Source of the DNA: Savitreella phatthalungensis
Lineage: Eukaryota
Assembly: GCA_051599415.1 (NCBI GenBank)
Contig: AP039696.1
Coordinates: 496,001 to 560,000 of the forward strand
Length of the DNA stretch: 64,000 nucleotides
Reading direction: 5' to 3'
In this document: positions 42,186-50,452 of the stretch, in pieces
Position numbering within the stretch: position 1 is the stretch's first letter
Layout: each line of letters starts with the position of its first letter
Notes under the pieces: model-generated
The model's input: the letters and a program-made list of their open reading frames with translations, nothing else
What the model was told of the DNA's origin: nothing
Databases searched by the model: none
Position numbers and translations under genes: made by a program

Positions 42186-42229
42186 CACTCACTCACTCAC
42201 TCACTCACTCACTCACTCACTCACTCACT
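42186..42229. repeat. Microsatellite (CACT)11
   Basis: Read directly; lies ~250 bp upstream of the acyl-CoA oxidase ATG. Confidence 0.95.
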
Positions 42230-42477
42230 ACCTCTTTCTCGTTATGCCGCGGGCCATCCACTGGCTCTGACGACGACGATAGACACCCGACCGCAAGCCG
42301 TATCACTAGTCACGACCCGGCTATCGAACTTGCACTCCTGACGCCGAACCACATAACCATCTAGCAGACTACAAATAGACAACCAGTCTCTCAAATCCAA
42401 CTCTTAGACTTGTTCTCCACACCGGCTAACTGTCCTCCCCCTCACATCGTCTACACCTTTTCTTACCCCTGGAAAAG

Positions 42478-44574
42478 ATGTCTTCTCTGATGGATGACAA
42501 GCAGAGGCCTCGTTGTATCGAGCCTCGCAATCTGCCACTTGCAAAGCCTAGTGGACCAGAGGCGCTCCAGACCGAGCGTAGCAAGGCCACCTTCAGCCCT
42601 GACGAGCTTGCAAAGTACATTCACGGGCAAACATGGCTAGACCGTCAGGCGCGCATTCTCAGCGTGCTTGAGAAGGAGCCAATCTTCAACAAGTCCGTGA
42701 ACTACTACCAGGGACGTAGCGACAGGTTGAAGCGAGCTCTCGAGCGCGGTAAGCGCGCCACCCAGCTCGCCAAGGAGCTCAAGTGGGACTTCGATGATAT
42801 CGCTATGGCTGATGCCCTCATCGATGAGCCAGGACCCTACGGACTTCACAAGTCCATGTATCTCATCACACTTCGTGACCAGACATCTGACGAGCAGAAG
42901 GAACTCTTCGAGAAACCTGCTCAGGCGTACGACCACATCGGTTGCTACGCACAGACTGAGCTCGGCCACGGCTCCAATGTTCGAGGTCTCGAGACCACTG
43001 CTACGTACATCCCCGAGACTGGAGAGTTCGAGATCAACACCCCGACCCTGACAGCCACGAAGTGGTGGATTGGTTCGCTAGGACGTACGGCCAATCACGC
43101 CGCGGTGATGTGTCAGCTTTATGTCAACGGCGAGAACAAGGGTCCTCACCCTTTCATCGTCCCGATTCGTGACGTTCACACACACAAGATGCTGCCTGGC
43201 GTCGTTGTCGGTGACATTGGTCCCAAATTCGGCTACAACACCATGGACAACGGTTTCCTTCAGTTCAACAAGGTGCGCATCCCCAGCGTCAACATGCTCG
43301 CCAAGTACGCTTCTATCGATCGCAACACGGGTCAGTACATCAAGCCGCCGAACAGCAAACTCGCCTACGGCACGATGACCTGGGTTCGTTCACGCATTGT
43401 GATGCAGGCACGTATGGTACTTGCTCGATCGGCCACTGTCGCCGTTCGCTATTGCTCGATCCGCAGGCAGTTCCAGGATCGCGATGCGAAAGATCAGACT
43501 GGAGAGACTCCTGTGATCAATTATGTTACAGTCCAGTACCGTCTCTTCCCGGTCATTGCACAAGCCTTTGCGCTACATTACATGGGCAAGCAGATGTTCA
43601 ACCTGTACGAGGCCAATATGAAGGCCATGTCCAAGGGCAACTTTGAGCTGCTCGCCGATCTGCACGCAGGCTCATCGGGTTTGAAATCGCTTGCTACCAC
43701 AATGGCCTCGTCTGCAATCGAGACCTGCCGTCGTGCCTGCGGTGGCCACGGCTTCTCGATGTTCTCGGGTCTTGCTCATGCCTACCAGGACTACTTGCCA
43801 GAAGTGACTTGGGAAGGTGACAACTTCATGCTCACGCAACAAGTCGCTCGCTATCTGCTCAAGACCGCGCGTTACGTCTTCGGCCAGGCAGGCAACGTCA
43901 AGAAGTCTGTGTCCAATCCGACTATCGAGTACCTGCTCAACTACCGCAACGACCCGCATTTCAAGGTCAAGGGAACGATTCAGCAGGGTCAATACCTCCT
44001 CCGTCTCTTCGGTCACCGCGCTGCCTACCAGGTGTCGCAGGTCTTGCGCCGCCGTGACCAGGAGCGTGAATCGTGGAACTCCCTCCTACAGGAGTTCTAC
44101 CGTATGAGTGTCGCACACTGTCAGTACATGCTTATCAAGTACTTCTGGCAGGCGCTCGAGACGGACCCAGAACTGAAGCCTGGAAGCCCGCTGCGCACGG
44201 CTGTTGAGCCACTTTACTTCCTCTTCGCCCTCTACACGCTCGAGACTGAGGCGACCGAGTTCTTCGCCTCGGGCTGTCTCACCCAGGCTGTCTACGAGGA
44301 GTGCAAGACCGAGGTTCTAGGCTACCTGAAGGTGATCCGTCCGAACGCCGTCGCCCTCGTTGACAGCTTCAAGTTCCCAGACTTCCTCCTGCAATCTTCC
44401 CTCGGTCGCTACGACGGCAATGTCTACGCTGACATGATCGACCGAGCAGCACGCGAGCCTGCCAACGGCGAGATCATCAACTCTGACTACCGCTCACCGG
44501 AACTGATCCGTGGTCAGCCACCCTCGGAGCTCCTTATCGCGGCTATGAAGGCACAGGCTCAGGCAAAGATCTAA
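42478..44574 (+). CDS. POX1: Peroxisomal acyl-CoA oxidase
   Basis: 'GCYAQTELGHGSNVRGLETTATY', 'TKWWIG', 'GDIGPKFG..DNGFL', 'CRRACGGHG', 'TWEGDN', 'SSLGRYDGNVY'; PTS1-like C-terminus AKI. Confidence 0.95.
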   Translation: MSSLMDDKQRPRCIEPRNLPLAKPSGPEALQTERSKATFSPDELAKYIHGQTWLDRQARILSVLEKEPIFNKSVNYYQGRSDRLKRALERGKRATQLAKELKWDFDDIAMADALIDEPGPYGLHKSMYLITLRDQTSDEQKELFEKPAQAYDHIGCYAQTELGHGSNVRGLETTATYIPETGEFEINTPTLTATKWWIGSLGRTANHAAVMCQLYVNGENKGPHPFIVPIRDVHTHKMLPGVVVGDIGPKFGYNTMDNGFLQFNKVRIPSVNMLAKYASIDRNTGQYIKPPNSKLAYGTMTWVRSRIVMQARMVLARSATVAVRYCSIRRQFQDRDAKDQTGETPVINYVTVQYRLFPVIAQAFALHYMGKQMFNLYEANMKAMSKGNFELLADLHAGSSGLKSLATTMASSAIETCRRACGGHGFSMFSGLAHAYQDYLPEVTWEGDNFMLTQQVARYLLKTARYVFGQAGNVKKSVSNPTIEYLLNYRNDPHFKVKGTIQQGQYLLRLFGHRAAYQVSQVLRRRDQERESWNSLLQEFYRMSVAHCQYMLIKYFWQALETDPELKPGSPLRTAVEPLYFLFALYTLETEATEFFASGCLTQAVYEECKTEVLGYLKVIRPNAVALVDSFKFPDFLLQSSLGRYDGNVYADMIDRAAREPANGEIINSDYRSPELIRGQPPSELLIAAMKAQAQAKI

Positions 44575-44802
44575 GCCGATCGCCGCTCTTCACCCCGACC
44601 CCGTGGGTCGTCTCGATCGATACTCCCTATCCTCGTTTCATTCATTATTAAGAACGTCCATAGCAAGTTGGTATTCCTTTATTCAACCACAGCACGATCA
44701 TTTACGTCATATGTTGCCTTGCCACCTTCATTCGTTTCAGGTGCTTGTCCCTTTTCTACCGCAATTTCTGAGCACGAGTCCTCTCCGACAGATGCTAACA
44801 GA

Positions 44803-45777
44803 ATGACGAGCAAAGAGCAGCGCAGTGCAAAGCGCCAACGCATTGCTCCAGCCACACGCTCGAGCAAAAAGTCAGAACCCGATAGCTCATCTGAGGTGGA
44901 CGCTTCCGGTGATGCTGAGGCAGAAGTCAAACCAAGTGAAGAGACAACTGGCTGTGGAGGGGAAGCGAGCGTAAAAAGTTCCACCGATGAGCTCGACGCA
45001 GCTCTGATCAGCAGCAAGAGTGCTGTCACAACGCTGGCGGAAGCAGAACGACTCGTCACTGCTTACATGCGTCGAGAGAATCGTCCTTACAACGCTGCTG
45101 ATATCGGTCGCAATCTTCACAATCGCATTGCAAAAACACTGCTTGGGAAAACGCTGACGGTGCTTGTGTCCAATGGTGTCTTGGACGACAGGTAGGTCAA
45201 GTTACACAGGTAGAGGCAGCAATGACTGACACAGGCGCCACTCCATAGAGGCACGGGCAAGGTCTTCCTTGCGAAGCAGCCAGAATTCGCGGACGACGGG
45301 GGCGACGACGTCAAAGAAAGAGCGGCAAAACAAGCGGCTGAGGAAGCTCGCATTGAAGTACTTTTGAAGGAAAAGGCAGCTATGGAAGAAGAGGTCCGCG
45401 CTTTGACGTCTGAATTGACCAGAATTAAAGCTGAACCGACGGATTCTGCCCTGATTGCGGAAGAGCAGCGTTTGGCGGAAGAGGTTTGATAGCTCATTCT
45501 CGTCAACTCTGGATTGTTATGCTGACCCGCGATATAGATCTCGACAATGGAACAACAACTGGCGCGGATTCGCAAGGCCATCAGCGTCTCAAAAATTTCC
45601 GAGGAGGATGTGGCAAAAGTTGATGCCGACTTGAAACGAATGCAGGCTGCTCGCAAACGATTTGCAAAATTATTCAAGGAGATCTCCGAGACTCTCTGTT
45701 TTGACTGCTTCGGCAAGCGACGTGATGAATTACAGGGTTGGCTCGAGGAGTTAGGATGCGATCTGACGGACTCCTAG
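44803..45777 (+). CDS. HOP2: Hop2/TBPIP/Meu13 homologous-pairing protein, three exons (44803-45191, 45249-45483, 45538-45777)
   Basis: Winged-helix motif 'AERLVTAYMRRENRPYNAADIGRNLHN'. Intron 1 45192-45248 (GTAGGT..CTGAC..TAG) and intron 2 45484-45537 (GTTTGA..CTGAC..TAG) join the three segments in frame to a coiled coil and a 'RKRFAKLFKEI...EELG' C-terminus. Confidence 0.8.
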
Positions 45778-46575
45778 ACTAGCCAGAGCTTTCTGCAGCT
45801 CGTTATCATCTAGGGCTTTCCAATTGCGACGAATACCTGAGAGGTCGGAAAAGTCCTCGACAAGGGTCTCCCCTTTTGAATCTTGCCTTCTGAAATGCAT
45901 TCCTTCACAGTGTTCGATAATTGGCCGCTTAGTGTCATCTGTGGATGAATAGAGCACCGTCGTCTCCCTGGAGTCGTGGATACGCCATTGTTGGGCCGAG
46001 CCAGCAATGATACAATCGTTGCAATCATGTAGCATGATACTGCCCTCGGCACGCAGTCCTTTGACTCGACAAGCCTTCAGCCTTGACAAATAAGCAGTCG
46101 CGTAATGTGGCATCGTTGACAGGTCAACCAGACATCGATGCAGATCACGAATGATGATTGATCCCCCTGACTTTGCAACATATGCGCGCGAGTCGACTTC
46201 GACATCAGCCATGTCTGCCATTACGATTGTATCCTCGGCATCTCGTACCGGTGCTGGTGCCGATTCTACGACTGGCGATTGTGATTGAGGCGCACGCGCT
46301 GGATGAGCCGCAGTCCTGGTAGATTTGAAAGAGAACTTCTTTGGCTTCGTCCGCGCCAGTGATTCATTGGACGATTTTGATTCTACGATGCCTTGCAGAC
46401 TCGCCAGCCTGCGCATGTAACCCGCGATGTCGTGTGCGGGCAAACTACCGGCTGCCGATACCTCATTGATGCTCCTCTGCAAGGACGCATATCGACTTTC
46501 AGCGCTCGCCGCATCTGATGACTCTATGGCAGAAACTTCTGTGTTGAAGAACGACCAGAAATCAGTGGCGTCCAT
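45751..46575 (-). CDS. Tubulin-binding cofactor C
   Basis: N-terminal helical bundle ('LPAHD..GY...L'), 'KKFSFK' linker, C-CAP/TBCC beta-helix 'GSIMLHDCNDC...QQWRIHDS...PIIEHC...VEDF...NW'. Confidence 0.88.
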   Translation of the reverse strand: MDATDFWSFFNTEVSAIESSDAASAESRYASLQRSINEVSAAGSLPAHDIAGYMRRLASLQGIVESKSSNESLARTKPKKFSFKSTRTAAHPARAPQSQSPVVESAPAPVRDAEDTIVMADMADVEVDSRAYVAKSGGSIIIRDLHRCLVDLSTMPHYATAYLSRLKACRVKGLRAEGSIMLHDCNDCIIAGSAQQWRIHDSRETTVLYSSTDDTKRPIIEHCEGMHFRRQDSKGETLVEDFSDLSGIRRNWKALDDNELQKALASLGVRQIAS

Positions 46576-47799
46576 TGTCGCCCGCGACTGAAGTCACCAG
46601 CATTGGACTCCTCGCTCGAAAGATGAGCTGTTTACCCGTGTGCCGGAAGTGTTTGGACGGGAAAGTGCATTTCGTGTATTCGGTCGTCATGAGACCTCTT
46701 TTGATATTGCCCAAAGGTATATGCAGGAATGCTCAAATTGCCTTTGACGTGCATTTCCGCACATATGTCTCTGCAGGCTTCCGATCAATATGTTTGATCG
46801 GCCAACAAAAACTCGGGATCCGTTTGTCTTTTGCAGTATATGCTACAGGCATAGGAAGCGTTCGCAGATCCGAAGGATCTATCTCTTGACGCGCCTGTCG
46901 ATCGTTTGTCACCAGTTCGTCAATCGTCTTAGCAAGAGATTTTGTTCATCCTCGATATACGTTGCTGGTCTTCAGAAATTTCGGAATCGTGATACATTGC
47001 TACCCAGGGCAAAGATCTACGACTCCGAAGCCGACTGGTGCTCGGAGACAGTCGAAGCAATCCTCAGGTCACGCATGCATGCGACGGCCTGGTTGACATT
47101 ATGCACTAAACATCTCAACGGCTCAACTTGACTCGCTTCGAATCTACCACAGGTCACGTTTGCATTGCGGGGTCTACCTGATAATTTGCTTCAACGAGCC
47201 TGTACTATTTTTCCACCTGTTTCGCTGTTCGGGATTGGATGTCTACAGGGCAACCGTCGAACAGTTTCCCTGGTGATTATGCATGGCTTTGATCGACCAC
47301 TCGGTAACAATCTCAGGTATGTCAGACAACGTTGATTGGAGTTGGCTATAATTTCAATCTGAAGGGTAAGTATTACCCGTCTGACAACCCCGCTACCCCT
47401 CCTTAAATTCCCTCAATCTCCCGCGAGCGAGTTTGATCTATGACTGCATGTCTCCAACGATCGTGTGATATCTGAGAAAGCTAAAAAAGATTCTCGTTCT
47501 TCTTCTCCAACGGTCATTCGAGCGGAATGACAGAGAAGTAGGCCAGACAAAGGAAAACAAACGAGAGACATAACAGTGTCACTAACAATGAGGGGAAAAT
47601 ACCCGTCGTCTGCTCCCTTGACAAAACGCCTTGCGTGTGTCGACGTTGCTAGAGCATAAGACCAGGAAGTGTCGCTGTTCGCGTCTCATTCTCGCTCCGT
47701 GCTGGCCCTGTCTCGCGCGCAAGTGCACTCATCGATGCGCTACTGGAAACACAGAACGACACCCCTTTGCTATACACTTATCGACCCCGGTCATATATC

Positions 47800-48138
47800 A
47801 TGCTTTTCAGAACTATTCTTGTTCTTACAGCGAGTGCCACAGCTCTAGCATTGCCTGCTGCAGTTCCAGAGAGCGCAGCGGCCGTGATCGGACGGGATGC
47901 GGTCGCAGAGAGTGCTCCACAAATCGGCATTCAGCTGCCACTTGCAGTGCGCAAGGCTGTGTGGGAGGGCGAGCAACTGGCGGCAGCCACGACAGAGAAA
48001 GAACGAGATGCCATCGAAGAGCTACCGAAGAACGGCATCTCCGCAATAAACGCAGCATTGAAGCCAGGGTACCGGTCAGGTCCGCGAGGTGCACGTCTCG
48101 GCCGCAGGAGGTCAGAGGTCCTGGCTGCACAGGCTTAA
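47800..48138 (+). CDS. Small secreted protein (112 aa), unknown function
   Basis: Signal-peptide-like 'MLFRTILVLTASATALALP'; ATG in ATCATG context; no Cys; basic RRR near the C-terminus. Confidence 0.62.
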   Translation: MLFRTILVLTASATALALPAAVPESAAAVIGRDAVAESAPQIGIQLPLAVRKAVWEGEQLAAATTEKERDAIEELPKNGISAINAALKPGYRSGPRGARLGRRRSEVLAAQA

Positions 48139-48296
48139 ATAGTGCGACGCTTTTGCTGTCGACGGCACGCTATCAACACAGTCCGGGTGATGAATCCTTC
48201 TCGGGCTAGCTCAATGTTTCACCACGTACACTAGATGAATCCACATATTTCTCTTCACCTTGGGGACCCCCAGCCTAATTCGTGAGATGTGCTGGT

Positions 48297-49475
48297 TCAA
48301 GTAGCAATGCCGTAGTTGCGGTCCACAACTCCACGAGCAAATTGTGCGAAAGTTGGCGCTGCTTCTGACTCTGTTGTCGAAGCAGGTCCGAGAACATCGT
48401 CGAGGTTTGGCTGCATAAAGACTGCCAGTGTGTTACGCGAAACCTTTGTGGCGTCGACGTTTGACTGTACTCCCTGTTGTAATTCGCCATTTAATGTAGC
48501 TGTCGGCAATCGATTGCCCACGACGAAGTGCGGCACAGCCCGAAGCTTCCCGCGAGTTGTGATCTGCAGTGCCTCGCCAGTCTGAAAAGCGAGACAGTCG
48601 CGAGGAATACCGACCTTTGAAATCCGATCACTGCGATCGCGAATATACAGTCCTGAGCGAGCGTCAGGTGGACCAGCAAGCTCTTCAAGCGATGCATTCA
48701 GCTGACCTGCGACTACAGCGGAGTCATCCACGTACATCGCGGATGTCAGTGCTGTCAAGCAGCCGTGATCGAGATGCTCACCGCACCACGAGTCTAAGGC
48801 TTCTGCCTCTCCTGCGGTCGAATCATTGCCCTGGGGTCGTGTGGGGAAGTAATGCAGCAGCCTTGCCTTACAGGTGCTCGAACGACGCACCATGTCTTCC
48901 AGATAGCTCTTATCATAGCCTCCGCCCACAAAGACGCTGCGCACGTAGTGATCACAAGCCCGAGCAACAAGGACGCCAACCTCTACCATGAATCGACCTA
49001 GCCGTTCACAGTCTGCACGCATGTCCCGCAACTCATCAAGACGTGCCGTTTCATCAGCTGTGAGGTTGTCCGGCCAGACGTTGGCGGTCTGATACTCTGG
49101 AAAACCCTCCGGTTTCTTGTGAGCGCCTTCCGGATGAGTCGGATTGAAGTAAAATGAGCCTTTGAGCAGATCAGGCTTGCCTCGAAACGTTTCCTGGCCA
49201 CAGGACCATCCGACGAGGTACTTGGACTCCTGACGCTCGAGCTCGTGCAGCAAGTGGTCAGGCAGCGCACCAAGCCTGGAAGCATGAGCCAGTACACGCT
49301 TTCGCATGCTCGAGAACTCTGAAGGCAGGTCTTTGACAACGAGGATGCCAAGGACATCGGGGCCGTCTCCAAAAGCCCGCTCTAATTCAGGATAGAGCGC
49401 CTCAAGTCTGTCAGCCGACTGAAGGTCTGCTAACGATATCGTGACTGGCTGTGCTCTGGGATATTCGACACTCAT
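48297..49475 (-). CDS. 2-oxoglutarate/Fe(II)-dependent dioxygenase (IPNS-like superfamily)
   Basis: DIOX_N-like start 'PVTISLADL..LERAFG...LGILVV', 'RLLHYFP', HxD 'GEHLDHGCLT', distal His 'AVPHFV', 'SRNTLAVFMQP'. Confidence 0.87.
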   Translation of the reverse strand: MSVEYPRAQPVTISLADLQSADRLEALYPELERAFGDGPDVLGILVVKDLPSEFSSMRKRVLAHASRLGALPDHLLHELERQESKYLVGWSCGQETFRGKPDLLKGSFYFNPTHPEGAHKKPEGFPEYQTANVWPDNLTADETARLDELRDMRADCERLGRFMVEVGVLVARACDHYVRSVFVGGGYDKSYLEDMVRRSSTCKARLLHYFPTRPQGNDSTAGEAEALDSWCGEHLDHGCLTALTSAMYVDDSAVVAGQLNASLEELAGPPDARSGLYIRDRSDRISKVGIPRDCLAFQTGEALQITTRGKLRAVPHFVVGNRLPTATLNGELQQGVQSNVDATKVSRNTLAVFMQPNLDDVLGPASTTESEAAPTFAQFARGVVDRNYGIAT

Positions 49476-50452
49476 GTCGTCACTGTTCAACTGAAGCGAT
49501 TGTGATAGACAAGCAAGACCGAGCCTGACTCAGGTCGAAAGTAATCACGTGAAATATGTCTTTGCGCTTCGATCTCGTGTCTCCGTGGTGCTGTTGCGAT
49601 GAACGGTCCGACCTTGTAAAACTCCTGTCAACAACGTCTTGCGCGATCTTGAGAACAGGAGAAGCGACTGGTGTCTGTTAGTGGACAAGTGCAATCATCA
49701 CACGAATGCTGCAGCGTAAAATAGAGCTCTTGAGGCTTGGCTAAGTGTAGTAGACCAGCGCAGTCTCCACCTTCATCCCTCAGAGAGGCCTGTTGTTTAG
49801 TGCACATACGGTACAGTACACAGAGAGCCAGAAGCTGCATGTGGTTGAATGCATTGCCGTCAAGCGAATTTCCCAAATAGGCAAGACAGCTTCGGTCATG
49901 TCCGACGTGGGATTTCCCCATGCACCTACGTACACGTGTACATTCATAGACCGAATAAATACGTGAGTCGCGATCGCGTATATATGCAGCCAAACAACTT
50001 TTACAGCTCGATCACGTTCAGTTGTAGAGTTCGATGCACGTTAAAGTTTTAATTGTGATTCTAGTGAGGGAAGTTCTACAATCTCCATCTAACATATTAT
50101 CTATAATTTATGATGGATTATCACGACTGCTAATTAAATCATGCATGGCTCCACATAACATTAAAATGGCCGTAAATGTAGTCTAAATCTAGCTCTAGGG
50201 CAACTTCGATACGCCATGCAATACCTACTGGGAGTGTATGCCAGTCTCTTTCCTTTGTCTCGGCGGATCAAGCCTTACAATGCTCATGCACGCGAGCCAA
50301 AGCATCTCGAGGCATGAGATTGACCGGCACTCGACGCCGAGCATAATGTCCCGAGTCGGAAGACGAGGCACTGCGGTTGCGGGTCATCTCGTTCAGCCTG
50401 TTTGGTAGTCTCTATTGCTGGTCACACACGACCACCTGGAAGCGCAATTGAT

